Below, one piece after another: positions 1 to 10,244 of a stretch of DNA of 64,000 bases (positions within the stretch are counted from its first letter, which is position 1; each line of letters opens with the position of its first letter). A model generated the notes under the pieces. That model saw nothing but the letters and a program-made list of their open reading frames with translations. It did not search any database and was not told the DNA's origin. Both the position numbers and the translations under genes were made by a program. The stretch spans positions 70,200 through 134,199 of the forward strand of contig CAZHYG010000001.1 in the NCBI GenBank assembly GCA_964536615.1, written 5' to 3'. This stretch comes from an uncultured Gammaproteobacteria bacterium. Its GTDB lineage: Bacteria; Patescibacteriota; Patescibacteriia; Magasanikbacterales; GWA2-37-8.

Positions 1-2613
1 ACCGAAGCTGACGCATGGATGCTGGTTCGAAAAAACCTAGATCGATTTAACCTTGATTACTATCGGCCTTTGGGCAACCCAACCAGCCATATCCACGCGC
101 TCATTTCTCATTTTCAAAAATGCAAAGATGAGCTTATTTCACCCGAAGATTACATGCGATATGCTGAAAAAAAACAAGCGGACACAGATTCCGTAGAACT
201 GCCCGAATTCGCGCGTCTAACCGAAGTGGCCAACGCCTACCATGCCTACAATCAACTATTACTCGATCATAATAGCCTTGATTTTGCTGATCTTATTTTC
301 TACACGATAAAATTATTAAAAGAACGCCCTACAGTACTGCAAGCATTGCAAAAACGATTTACACATATTCTCATAGATGAATTTCAAGATGTAAATTGGG
401 CTCAATATCAGATGGTTAAAATGCTAGCCGGTAAACAAGCCCAGCTCACAGTGGTAGGGGATGACGATCAAAGTATTTACGCTTTTCGCGGCGCTTCCGT
501 ATCTAATATATTGCGTTTTAAAGATGATTTTCCTCAAGCAAAAGAAATCGTGCTCAACGAAAATTACCGTTCTAATCAAGAAATACTTGATTATGCGTAT
601 ACTCTTATTCAGTATAACAACCCGGACAGATTGGAAATAAAACTTAATGTAAATAAACAGCTTAAAAGCGCCAAGCCTGCCGCCGGAGCATCTGGGCCAG
701 CTGTTGTACATATTCACTGCCAAACTATTGACCAAGAAACACGAGCGGTCATTGAGGAGATTAAAAAAATAAAAGATAGCAACCCCAACGTACGCTGGAG
801 TGATTTTGCTATTTTGGTGCGAGCTAACAGCCATAGCGAGCCGTTTATTAATGCGTTTGAAAAAACAAATATTCCATATGAATTTTTAGCCGCCTCCGGA
901 TTATATAAACAGCCACTGATTTTAGACTGTATAAATTTTTTCAAACTGCTGGATAATTACCGCGAATCCACTGCCATTTACCGGCTGCTTCTTATGCCGC
1001 TTTGGCAACTAGATGAACATGATGTTCAAAAAATAACATTTCACGCTAAGAAAAAAAGCATTTCATATTACGAAGCGCTTAAAAAATCAGCTGAGTTTGG
1101 CTTGTCAGAACACGGCCAGTCCGTCGCTTCAAAGCTGATTACTATTATCCACAGCGGCTTAGAACATGCCAAAAAAGAAAAACCCAGCACGGTTCTATTT
1201 CAATTCTTGCAAGAGTCCAGTTTGCTGGAATACCTAACTCAAGAAGAACTAAAACAAAATCGCGAAATTATCAACCAGATTTATCAGCTTAAGGAATTTT
1301 TTGAACAAGTGAGCGCGTATGAAAATTCTGTACCTGGAGCTCGGGTGGCAAACTTTTTAGAGCATATTCAGTTTATAATGGAATCAGGAGATTTGGGTGC
1401 CATGTACCAGCCAAGCGACCTTTCAGATTCAGTGCGAATCATAACCGTGCACAAGTCAAAAGGGTTGGAATTTAAATATGTATTTGTTGTAAACATGGTT
1501 GAAGAGCGTTTCCCCGCCAGACGGCGCGCCGAACCTATAGAGGTTCCTCCCGAACTTGTTAAAGAGCAAATTCCCGAAGGAGATAGCCACTACCAAGAAG
1601 AGAGACGCTTGTTTTATGTTGCCCTTACTCGCGCTCAGGAACGATTATTTTTGCTAAGCTCCGAAGATTATGGGGGAGCCAGAGCCAAAAAAATATCTCG
1701 TTTCTTAAGTGAAATACATTTTTCTGCTTCAACAAATCATAGCGCCGAAGAATCAATTCTGCAAATTTCCCAACCGGAAAAAACCAAAAATCAAGCGGAT
1801 TTTATATATGAATTGCCAAAAGTATTTTCTTTTTCACAAATAAAAGCTTATCGCACCTGTCCGTACCAATATAAATTGGCGCATATTTTGAGGATTCCAA
1901 CAAAAGGAAGCGCTAGTTTTAGTTTTGGCCAAAGCATGCACAGCACAATGCAAAAATTTTATGAACGAGTCCAAGAGCTGAACAGATCTACGCAAGCTTC
2001 GCTATTTGCGCCTACAGAACAAAAAGAAAAATCATCAAATGGCGTAGCAGTTCCGACTCTAGAGGAGCTCTTACAAATGTATGATCAATCATGGATAGAG
2101 GATTGGTATAAAACTAAAGCTCAGCGAGAAGAATATTATGCCTTAGGCAAAGAAATTTTACGGGCATTTTATAAATCCGAAGAGGATAACTGGACAATTC
2201 CTGTTGCTTTGGAGGGGTGGTTTAAAATTAAAGTTGGAGAATATCTGGTGCATGGCCGTATAGACAGAATTGATCAGCTGCCTGATGGCAGTCTAGAAAT
2301 AATTGATTATAAAACAGGCACCGCCAAAGAAAAAGTAGAAGGCGAAGATAAAGATCAGCTGCTTATTTATCAGATCGCACTCAATGAACTTCCTGAATAT
2401 AATACTATTGGCATGCCGCGCAAACTGACGTATTTTTATTTAAACGATAATGCTAAAATATCTTTTTTAGGCAATGAAAAAGAAATTGAAAAACTTAAAG
2501 AAAAAATTGTTGCCACTGTTTCAAATATTAACGCGCGCAATTTTAACGCTACGCCTAATCCACATGTTTGCAAAAACTGTGATTTTAGAGATATCTGTCA
2601 ATTTAGGGCTTAA
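1..2613 (+). CDS. UvrD/PcrA-family ATP-dependent helicase fused to a C-terminal PD-(D/E)XK nuclease with a probable Fe-S cluster (AdnA/B-like); 5' end lies outside the window
   Basis: Helicase motifs LIDEFQD, VGDDDQSIYAFRGA, NYRS, TVHKSKGLEF, EERRLFYVALTRA; nuclease GRIDRID/IIDYKTG; cysteines TCPYQY and CKNCDFRDIC; frame open from base 1 and Walker A not in window. Confidence 0.92.
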   Translation, partial: TEADAWMLVRKNLDRFNLDYYRPLGNPTSHIHALISHFQKCKDELISPEDYMRYAEKKQADTDSVELPEFARLTEVANAYHAYNQLLLDHNSLDFADLIFYTIKLLKERPTVLQALQKRFTHILIDEFQDVNWAQYQMVKMLAGKQAQLTVVGDDDQSIYAFRGASVSNILRFKDDFPQAKEIVLNENYRSNQEILDYAYTLIQYNNPDRLEIKLNVNKQLKSAKPAAGASGPAVVHIHCQTIDQETRAVIEEIKKIKDSNPNVRWSDFAILVRANSHSEPFINAFEKTNIPYEFLAASGLYKQPLILDCINFFKLLDNYRESTAIYRLLLMPLWQLDEHDVQKITFHAKKKSISYYEALKKSAEFGLSEHGQSVASKLITIIHSGLEHAKKEKPSTVLFQFLQESSLLEYLTQEELKQNREIINQIYQLKEFFEQVSAYENSVPGARVANFLEHIQFIMESGDLGAMYQPSDLSDSVRIITVHKSKGLEFKYVFVVNMVEERFPARRRAEPIEVPPELVKEQIPEGDSHYQEERRLFYVALTRAQERLFLLSSEDYGGARAKKISRFLSEIHFSASTNHSAEESILQISQPEKTKNQADFIYELPKVFSFSQIKAYRTCPYQYKLAHILRIPTKGSASFSFGQSMHSTMQKFYERVQELNRSTQASLFAPTEQKEKSSNGVAVPTLEELLQMYDQSWIEDWYKTKAQREEYYALGKEILRAFYKSEEDNWTIPVALEGWFKIKVGEYLVHGRIDRIDQLPDGSLEIIDYKTGTAKEKVEGEDKDQLLIYQIALNELPEYNTIGMPRKLTYFYLNDNAKISFLGNEKEIEKLKEKIVATVSNINARNFNATPNPHVCKNCDFRDICQFRA

Positions 2614-2630
2614 CGCATAATACCGCAACT

Positions 2631-2924
2631 ATGATGAAATCACTTGGAGAAATTTTAAAAAAACAGATGCCGGTTATGCCGGCTGGCAAGCAAATTACAG
2701 CGACCATGGTGGTAGCCAAAGCCAACGAGGCCATCATTGCCTTATGTGGCGCAGGCGCAGCCAAATTCGCTCAGGCAATCTACTATAAAGACAAAACTAT
2801 TGCCATTACCTGCTTGAGCTCTGTAACCGCCCAAGAAATTAAGCTTAACGAACGACAAATTATAGCAGAAATCAACAAAAAACTAGAGGGTAAGGCGGTT
2901 GAAAAAATACGATATTTGATCTAA
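2631..2924 (+). CDS. DUF721/DciA-like protein
   Basis: 97 aa with KSLGEIL N-terminus, SSVTAQEIKLNERQII core and KIRY C-terminus, typical of DUF721. Confidence 0.7.
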   Translation: MMKSLGEILKKQMPVMPAGKQITATMVVAKANEAIIALCGAGAAKFAQAIYYKDKTIAITCLSSVTAQEIKLNERQIIAEINKKLEGKAVEKIRYLI

Positions 2925-3009
2925 TAAATTTAACCTTGCCAAAGCAGCTAATTACAGTTAAAATACCACACGTTAAGCTATATGATTAAGGAGGAACCAA
3001 AACCCTAGT

Positions 3010-3411
3010 ATGAGTTTGCGCTACTATCTTATTTTAATGTCTCTAGGCGCTTTAGTGTGCTGGGCGGCGTGGATATTTGTCCTGGATAATATCGACCCTA
3101 CTCAAGCCGGTTTTTTTGGTTTTCTGTTTTTTTATACCAGCCTATTTTTAGCCCTCACCGGCACATGTTCAGTAATCGGATTTTTAATTAAAAAAATGAT
3201 TCTTAAAAAAGACGAAGTAGTATTTCATCATGTTAAATCAACATTTCGCCAAGGCACCCTAATCGCTCTGACAATCATTTCTGGATTAATCCTGTTGCAA
3301 ACCAATTTGCTAAAATGGTGGAGCGCCATAATTCTAATAGTATTTTTCAGCCTCATAGAAGGCATTATCTTTACAAATAGAAAATATAATAATCGGGAAA
3401 TTATTGGATAA
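3010..3411 (+). CDS. hypothetical membrane protein (about 4 TM helices)
   Basis: Four hydrophobic segments; directly upstream of mreB. Confidence 0.75.
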   Translation: MSLRYYLILMSLGALVCWAAWIFVLDNIDPTQAGFFGFLFFYTSLFLALTGTCSVIGFLIKKMILKKDEVVFHHVKSTFRQGTLIALTIISGLILLQTNLLKWWSAIILIVFFSLIEGIIFTNRKYNNREIIG

Positions 3412-3415
3412 ATAT

Positions 3416-4459
3416 ATGTTTGAAAAAGTGCTTGAAAAATTCAGAAAAGATATTGGTATTGATTTGGGAACCGCAAATACACTTGTATATGTAAAGGGCA
3501 GGGGAATAGTAATTAACGAACCAAGTGTCGTAGCGGTAAATATAAAGACCGAACAGATTTTAGCCGTGGGAAACGAAGCCAAAGAAATGCTTGGCAAAAC
3601 ACCGCCTCACATCGTTACCACACGCCCGCTCATCAATGGCATTATTTCCGATTTTGAAGTTACCGAAAAAATGTTGAAATACTTTATTGATAAAGTATAT
3701 GAAGATAACATGAATTTCATGACTCGTCCGCGCGTAGTAATCGGCGCGCCTCTTGAAATTACTGAAGTTGAGATGAAAGCTATTCACGATGCTGCCACAA
3801 ATGCCGGCGCTCGCGAAGTAATCGTTATTCAAGAACCAATGGCTGCGGCGATCGGGGCGCGCATGCCTATCCGAGAACCAGTCGGTAATTTTATTGTTGA
3901 GATTGGAGGCGGGACAACTGAGATTGCAGTTATTTCTTTAAGCGGAATTGTGACATGGAGATCTATTCCGGTAGCTGGCGACGAGCTTAATCGCAACATC
4001 ATGCAATACGCGCGCGAAAAATTTAATTTATTGCTTGGTGAAAAACAAGCTGAAGAAATCAAAATTAAAATCGGTTCAGCAATTGAACTAGCAGAACCCA
4101 TGATTTTCCCAATGCGTGGACGCGACCTGGTAACCGGCCTGCCAAAAGAAGTCATGATTGATGATTCTCAAGTTCGAGAAGCAATCGCAAAATCATTGCG
4201 CACAATTATTGAAAACATTAAAGGCGTGCTAGAAATTACACCCCCGGAATTAGTGGCGGATATTCACGAGCGAGGCATCGTACTCTCTGGAGGAGGAGCG
4301 CTATTGCGCGGTTTTGACCAGCTTATCACCAGGGCCATAGAAATTCCAGTGCGAATCGCTGACGATCCGCTAACTTCTGTCGTGCGCGGTGCCGGAATTT
4401 TGCTTGACGAAAATGAACTTCTTGGTGAAATTTCCGTAAAAAATCAGAATAAAAAATAA
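3416..4459 (+). CDS. mreB: rod shape-determining protein MreB
   Basis: GIDLGTANTLV, EPSVVA, IGGGTTEIAVISL, GGGALL motifs; start set at first ATG (3416). Confidence 0.97.
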   Translation: MFEKVLEKFRKDIGIDLGTANTLVYVKGRGIVINEPSVVAVNIKTEQILAVGNEAKEMLGKTPPHIVTTRPLINGIISDFEVTEKMLKYFIDKVYEDNMNFMTRPRVVIGAPLEITEVEMKAIHDAATNAGAREVIVIQEPMAAAIGARMPIREPVGNFIVEIGGGTTEIAVISLSGIVTWRSIPVAGDELNRNIMQYAREKFNLLLGEKQAEEIKIKIGSAIELAEPMIFPMRGRDLVTGLPKEVMIDDSQVREAIAKSLRTIIENIKGVLEITPPELVADIHERGIVLSGGGALLRGFDQLITRAIEIPVRIADDPLTSVVRGAGILLDENELLGEISVKNQNKK

Positions 4460-4470
4460 TTGGACGATAT

Positions 4471-5271
4471 ATGCTCCCGCTCAAGACAAAAAATTACTTT
4501 TTTTTATTTTTTCTTTTGATATTGATGGTTGCGCTTCATTTTCTTGGCTGGCTTCGTTTTATTGAATTTCCTGTTCAGTCAATTATAGTTCCTATCTCAA
4601 CCACCATCACAAAATGGCGCATTTCAACGCAAGATTCATTATCGTTTCTCACGGATAAAGACCGTATTGTTGAAGGATATAACGCTTGTCGCGCTGAAAA
4701 TCAAAATCTTGAAGCGGAGAATGGCCGTTTAAAAAATCTTGAAGCGGAGAATGAAGAACTTCGCTCTCAGCTTAATTTTTTTAATCAGCGTACTTTTTCA
4801 AAAATAACCGCGGAGGTGGTCGGAAGAAATACTGATAGTTTGGAAAAAATGATTATTATTAATATCGGAGAGCAATCCGATATAAAACCCGGCCAGCCGG
4901 TAATTGCAGGGTCAGGATTATTGGTTGGAGTAGTGGCAAAAGTGGAAAAAAACTTTTCCATGGTTCGTCTTATAAATGATAATCAGAGCAAAATTGCCGC
5001 CACCATTCTTAATAAAGATAAAAGCTTAGGCGTGGTTGAAGGCGGTTACGGGTTAAGTATAAAAATGAATTTTATACCCCGCAATGAAACCGTGCTTATT
5101 GGCGACAAGATAATCACTTCTGGATTAGAAAAGACGATTCCTCGAGGGTTATTAATAGGGGAAGTGGCCGTAGCCGAAAACGAAGCGTACCAGCCTTTCC
5201 AACAAGCAGTGCTTACCTCGGCTGCAGATCTATCAAAAATAACTGTTGTGAGCGTACTTACATCATTATAA
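4471..5271 (+). CDS. mreC: rod shape-determining protein MreC
   Basis: N-terminal TM, coiled coil, ITSGL...PRGLLIG motif; follows mreB. Confidence 0.93.
   Translation: MLPLKTKNYFFLFFLLILMVALHFLGWLRFIEFPVQSIIVPISTTITKWRISTQDSLSFLTDKDRIVEGYNACRAENQNLEAENGRLKNLEAENEELRSQLNFFNQRTFSKITAEVVGRNTDSLEKMIIINIGEQSDIKPGQPVIAGSGLLVGVVAKVEKNFSMVRLINDNQSKIAATILNKDKSLGVVEGGYGLSIKMNFIPRNETVLIGDKIITSGLEKTIPRGLLIGEVAVAENEAYQPFQQAVLTSAADLSKITVVSVLTSL
4703..4753 (+). repeat. 21-bp direct repeat (AAAATCTTGAAGCGGAGAATG x2, 30-bp period) inside the mreC coiled coil
   Basis: Copies at 4703-4723 and 4733-4753 encode NLEAEN twice. Confidence 0.9.
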
Positions 5272-5278
5272 TGGTCAT

Positions 5279-5830
5279 ATGCGGTCACTTGCGTCCATCC
5301 TGCTATTTATTGTTTACATGATAAGCATACTTGTCGGACATATTTTTGTAATTAATTTTTTGCCATATCCGTATAACCACCTGCATGTCATTTTTAGTAT
5401 CTTAGCGCTATCTTTAAGTATTAGCACTGACCGAAAAATAATTCTTCTCGCATTATGCACGTCATATATTGCAGAACTGTTTGGCAGCACTCCGTTTGGA
5501 CTAAACACATTTTCTCTCCTATCAAGCTTGCTTATAATGCATTGGCTGCAATTCAATATTTTTTCCAACAGATCATTTTATATGATTTTTTTCTCAGTAC
5601 TTATGGGCATGAGTTTGTACCGCGGCATCTTTCTAGCATGTCTCACTATAAATAATTATTTCTTAGGATTGGAAAATTTACCCTACAAAGAAATTATAGC
5701 GGATGCCGGCTGGGAAGTGTTGCTAACTTCTACTTTGACCTTCGTAGTTTATTTGTTGTATGTTAAGCTAGCTGGACGCTCTCGTTTTTCCTCCCGTAAA
5801 ACATCAATCTATTATGGAAAAACTTTTTAA
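5279..5830 (+). CDS. mreD: MreD-like membrane protein
   Basis: Highly hydrophobic 183 aa protein between mreC and PBP2; call rests mostly on synteny. Confidence 0.65.
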   Translation: MRSLASILLFIVYMISILVGHIFVINFLPYPYNHLHVIFSILALSLSISTDRKIILLALCTSYIAELFGSTPFGLNTFSLLSSLLIMHWLQFNIFSNRSFYMIFFSVLMGMSLYRGIFLACLTINNYFLGLENLPYKEIIADAGWEVLLTSTLTFVVYLLYVKLAGRSRFSSRKTSIYYGKTF

Positions 5831-7781
5831 CATTTCTGAAGAAAAACAAAAAAAAGGCGACCTGGAAGGCAAATATAGCCGCACTTGGATTGAGGATTCT
5901 TTTAATTTTGAACAAGCAGTTGGCAAACAGCCTGCAATCGCCCAAACCAGAAATTATCTCGGAACCAGTATTGCAAAAAAAAATATTTATATCATGGGAG
6001 TGGTAGTGCTTTTAGGCCTGTCAATTTTATTTGGCAAAACATTTTATTTGCAAATTTTAAAAGGCGGCAAATACCACGAACTTGCCGAAGGAAATCGTAT
6101 ACGCTTACGTCCGATTCTTTCTGAGCGCGGTATTATCTACGACCGTTTTCATAATGAATTGGTAGAAAATGTGCCTAATTTCTCTTTAACACTTATTCCT
6201 CAAGATTTGCCGCGCAATCTTGGCAAAAGAGAAGCTGTGATAGATAAGGCTGTGGCCTTAAGCGGTGTGTCAAAAGAGCAAATTACCACTCTGTTAGCGA
6301 AATACAGTTCATACAGTTATGCTTCGCTTGTTATAAAGGAAAATCTTGATTACGAAACTGCTTTGCAGTTATATATTCAAAGCGCACAGCTGCCCGGCAT
6401 ATCAATAGAGAAGGGCAGCAAAAGAAAGTATGTGTCTGGAAACGAAACCACGCATAACAATTTAAGCATTTCTCACTTATTAGGCTACTTGGGAAAACTG
6501 AACGATGTAGAAATAGAAGCTTTGGGTAAAAATAATGACTATCTTCCATTTGATAACATTGGTAAAACCGGTTTGGAAAAAACATACGAAAGTTATTTAC
6601 GAGGTAAATACGGTTTAAAAAAAGTAGAAGTAAATGCCACCGGACAAGAACAGAGCGTATTAGCAGAAGATCCGCCTCAACCGGGAAAAAATGTTGTGCT
6701 AACTGTTGATTTAGAAGCGCAGGCTAAGCTTGAAGAATTGCTTAAGGCAATGCTTCTTAAAACAAATCGCACTAGAGGCGCAGCTATTGCTATGGATCCG
6801 CGCGATGGTTCAGTTTTGGCCATGGTAAGCTTGCCATCTTTTAATAATAATGATTTTTCTGGTGGTATTTCTCAAGAAAAGTACCAAACATACCGCGACA
6901 ACCCGGATAACCCGCTTTTTAACAGAGCTGTGGGCGGCACCTATCCATCCGGGTCTATTATCAAACTTATTGTTGCCGCGGCAGCATTACAAGAAAAAGT
7001 TGTCAGTCAAAACACAACGTTTTTGAGTACAGGCGGACTGCAGTTAGGGGATAGAACTTTTAAAGACTGGAAGGCGGGAGGTCACGGCATTACCAATGTT
7101 ACCAAAGCTATTGCTTGGTCAGTCAATACTTTTTTCTATTATGCAGGCGGCGGATATAAAAATTTTGTTGGTTTAGGCGTAGATCGCATTGTTAAATATA
7201 TGCAATCGTTTGGCATTGCAAAAAAAACTAACATTGATTTGACAGGTGAGCGGCCTGGTTTTTTACCGAGCAAAGACTGGAAGCAAGAGACAAAAAAAGA
7301 AACTTGGTTTGTCGGCGATACTTATAACCTTTCTATCGGGCAAGGAGATTTGCTGGTAACTCCGATTCAAGCAGCAGTTTGGACTGCAGCTGTTGCCAAC
7401 GGCCGAAATATTGTGCAACCCCACCTTGCAGGACAAATTGAAGAACCTGGCACGCACACTAAAACAGATTTGCAATTTACCACATACTCTGTGCCAATAT
7501 CAGAAACAAACATGAATATTGTACGGCAGGGCATGAAAGAATGCGTTAGTTATGGCAGTTGCCAGTTATTAAAAACACTGCCTTTTTCAAGCGCTGGCAA
7601 GACGGGTACGGCTCAATGGAGCGCCAATAAGGACAACCATGCCTGGTTTACCTCTTTTGCGCCATTTGAAAACCCTAAAATAGTAGTAACTGTGCTAGTC
7701 GAAGAAGGAAAAGAGGGTACTAGCGCGGCTTTGCCTGTAGCCCGTGATTTCTTGCAGTGGTGGGGCAAGAAATACCTTTAA
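5814..7781 (+). CDS. mrdA: penicillin-binding protein 2 (class B)
   Basis: RGIIYDR, GKTGLEK, PSGSIIK (SxxK), SVN (SxN), KTGTAQ motifs. Confidence 0.95.
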   Translation: MEKLFNISEEKQKKGDLEGKYSRTWIEDSFNFEQAVGKQPAIAQTRNYLGTSIAKKNIYIMGVVVLLGLSILFGKTFYLQILKGGKYHELAEGNRIRLRPILSERGIIYDRFHNELVENVPNFSLTLIPQDLPRNLGKREAVIDKAVALSGVSKEQITTLLAKYSSYSYASLVIKENLDYETALQLYIQSAQLPGISIEKGSKRKYVSGNETTHNNLSISHLLGYLGKLNDVEIEALGKNNDYLPFDNIGKTGLEKTYESYLRGKYGLKKVEVNATGQEQSVLAEDPPQPGKNVVLTVDLEAQAKLEELLKAMLLKTNRTRGAAIAMDPRDGSVLAMVSLPSFNNNDFSGGISQEKYQTYRDNPDNPLFNRAVGGTYPSGSIIKLIVAAAALQEKVVSQNTTFLSTGGLQLGDRTFKDWKAGGHGITNVTKAIAWSVNTFFYYAGGGYKNFVGLGVDRIVKYMQSFGIAKKTNIDLTGERPGFLPSKDWKQETKKETWFVGDTYNLSIGQGDLLVTPIQAAVWTAAVANGRNIVQPHLAGQIEEPGTHTKTDLQFTTYSVPISETNMNIVRQGMKECVSYGSCQLLKTLPFSSAGKTGTAQWSANKDNHAWFTSFAPFENPKIVVTVLVEEGKEGTSAALPVARDFLQWWGKKYL

Positions 7782-7857
7782 ATAGGCAAAAATCCTTTAC
7801 GAGCAAATAATTTTTGTGATATAATTTTTCAATAACATATTGATAAAAAACGCATAT

Positions 7858-8328
7858 ATGATAGAAGAAAAAAGCCAATATATCACTGCCCAGGGCTTGA
7901 AAGATTTGCAATCTGAATTAGAACACCTGAAAAATCAAAAAATACCTGACATAGCCAGTCGTATTGACGAAGCAAAACAACATGGCGATCTTTCAGAGAA
8001 CGCCGAATATCAGCAGGCAAAAGAGGAGATGGCTTGGGCTCAGGGACGAAAACAAGAACTAGAATATCTTGTTCATCATTGTGAAGTAGTAACCGAGACG
8101 GACAAAACACAGGGATCTGTAGGCATGGGAAGCCGTATCATAGTAAAAACAGGAGACAAGACTAAAACTTTTACCATTGTCGGCGCGCAAGAAGCAGACC
8201 CGCTCGCAGGTAAAATTTCCAACGAATCTCCGCTTGGCATGTCATTTATCGGCCATAAGACAGGGGAGTCGGTAACAGTAACTACACCATCAGGGAAACA
8301 AATTTACGAAATATTAGAATTGAAATAA
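7858..8328 (+). CDS. greA: transcription elongation factor GreA
   Basis: GDLSENAEY and ISNESPLG motifs. Confidence 0.97.
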   Translation: MIEEKSQYITAQGLKDLQSELEHLKNQKIPDIASRIDEAKQHGDLSENAEYQQAKEEMAWAQGRKQELEYLVHHCEVVTETDKTQGSVGMGSRIIVKTGDKTKTFTIVGAQEADPLAGKISNESPLGMSFIGHKTGESVTVTTPSGKQIYEILELK

Positions 8329-8330
8329 AT

Positions 8331-9806
8331 ATGACTAACGATATTAGGGAGGATAAAGTACGCTTAGATAGATTAGAATATTTGCATTCTGCCGGTATCA
8401 ATCCGTTTCCAAGCACCACCGAACCCCACGATTCAATTACCGAGGTTTTACAAAAACCAGAGCAAACCACCGTGGCGATTGCTGGCCGTCTAGTTTCAAA
8501 GCGTGAAATGGGTAAAATTAGCTTTTCTCACATTAAAGACGCGAGCGGAAAAATTCAAGTTGCTTTTTCAGAAAAAGAACTGGGCAAAGAAAACTATAAA
8601 TTATTTATCAAATATTTTGATTTGGGTGATTTTTTACATGTTACTGGTGATTTATTCATTACCCATAAAGGAGAATTGACGGTGCTGGTAAAAAAATACA
8701 CTCTGCTAAGCAAATCGCTATTACCATTACCTGAAAAATTTCATGGCCTTACTGATATTGAAATTCGTTACCGACAACGATATCTTGATTTGATCGCCAA
8801 CGAAGAATCCATGCGCATTGCAAAAATTAGAAGCGTTATCGTAAAAGAAATAAGAAATTATTTTGACGCAAAAGGTTTTTTTGAAGTTGAGACCCCAGTC
8901 TTACAAACGCTCTATGGCGGCGCGTTGGCCAAGCCTTTTACCACTCACCACAATGCCTTGGATATACCGCTATATTTGCGGGTTGCACCCGAATTATACC
9001 TTAAACGTTTAATCGTGGGAGGTTTTGAAAAAGTCTATGAAATCGCAAAATGTTTCCGCAACGAAGGCATAGATAACAATCATAATCCAGAATTTACCCA
9101 AATTGAGTTCTATTGGGCATACGCAAACTACCGGGATCTCATGAATCTAATAGAAGATCTATTGCCAAAAATAATTACCAGCGCAGGACTGCCTTTGCGT
9201 ATGAACATCGGAGGTGCGGAAGTTGATTTCACACCCCCATACCCACGCCATACCATGCGTGAAATTATAAAACAATACGCAAAAATTGATATCGAAGAAT
9301 TTCCTGATCAGTCATCTCTATATACAAAAATAAAAGATCAGCACATAGAAGGAGTTGACGCGCAAACCGGTTACGGCAAAATGGTAGATGAGATTTACAA
9401 AACCTATGCTCGTCCATATATTACCAATCCTATTTTCATGATTGACCATCCAGTGGAGCTTTCTCCTTTGGCTAAAAGAAAATCTGATAACCCTCGCTAT
9501 GTTGAGCGCATGCAGCTTGTTTGTGTAGGCGGCAACGAACTTTGTAACGGTTTTTCAGAATTAAACGATCCGTTAGACCAAGAATCGCGCTTTAAAGAAC
9601 AGGAGCGATTACAGATAGCCGGAGATGAGGAGAGTATGCCTTTTGATGAAGATTTCGTCACCGCCTTAAAGCACGGTATGCCGCCAACCGCCGGTCTTGG
9701 CATGGGTATAGATCGTTTGATTAAACTTCTTTTGGATACACAAAACCTAAAAGAAGTAATCCTGTTTCCAACCTTAAAACCAGAGAAGTCAGAAACAAAG
9801 GAATAA
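8331..9806 (+). CDS. lysS: lysyl-tRNA synthetase (class II)
   Basis: YRQRYLDL, FRNEGID, HNPEFT, GMPPTAGLGMGIDRL motifs. Confidence 0.98.
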   Translation: MTNDIREDKVRLDRLEYLHSAGINPFPSTTEPHDSITEVLQKPEQTTVAIAGRLVSKREMGKISFSHIKDASGKIQVAFSEKELGKENYKLFIKYFDLGDFLHVTGDLFITHKGELTVLVKKYTLLSKSLLPLPEKFHGLTDIEIRYRQRYLDLIANEESMRIAKIRSVIVKEIRNYFDAKGFFEVETPVLQTLYGGALAKPFTTHHNALDIPLYLRVAPELYLKRLIVGGFEKVYEIAKCFRNEGIDNNHNPEFTQIEFYWAYANYRDLMNLIEDLLPKIITSAGLPLRMNIGGAEVDFTPPYPRHTMREIIKQYAKIDIEEFPDQSSLYTKIKDQHIEGVDAQTGYGKMVDEIYKTYARPYITNPIFMIDHPVELSPLAKRKSDNPRYVERMQLVCVGGNELCNGFSELNDPLDQESRFKEQERLQIAGDEESMPFDEDFVTALKHGMPPTAGLGMGIDRLIKLLLDTQNLKEVILFPTLKPEKSETKE

Positions 9807-9815
9807 ATTCATTAT

Positions 9816-10238
9816 ATGAAGAAAGTGCTTGTGTTCGGAACCTTTGATATTGTGCACGCCGGCCATATTCATATGCTGCGAGAAGCAAAATCGTATGGCG
9901 ACCATCTTACAGTAGTAGTTTCTCGAAACGACACCACTACCCAAGTAAAAGGCGTTCCTCCGATTTTTAGCGAACAAACACGAGTACAGGATATACAAGC
10001 GCTCAATATTGCAGATAAGGTACGGCTTGGAAATTTAGGAGAAGATCGATATAAAGTTATTGCCGAAGAAAACCCCGATATTATCGCTCTTGGCTATGAT
10101 CAAGAGGCATTTACAGATAAATTATCAGAACACATTAATCCGCAAAAAATAACAATTGTAAGATTGCACGCATATAAGCCAGAGATATTTAAGAGCTCTA
10201 AGATAAAAGAACAGTGGAAAAAAGAAGGGAGAATATAA
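9816..10238 (+). CDS. cytidylyltransferase-family nucleotidyltransferase (RibL/FAD synthase-like)
   Basis: FGTFDIVHAGH (HxGH), PDIIALGYDQ, SSKIK. Confidence 0.8.
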   Translation: MKKVLVFGTFDIVHAGHIHMLREAKSYGDHLTVVVSRNDTTTQVKGVPPIFSEQTRVQDIQALNIADKVRLGNLGEDRYKVIAEENPDIIALGYDQEAFTDKLSEHINPQKITIVRLHAYKPEIFKSSKIKEQWKKEGRI

Positions 10239-10244
10239 ATATAT

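Noticed and set aside
2989-2994. AGGAGG upstream of the 3010 gene
   Set aside because: 15 nt from the ATG, too far for a canonical Shine-Dalgarno
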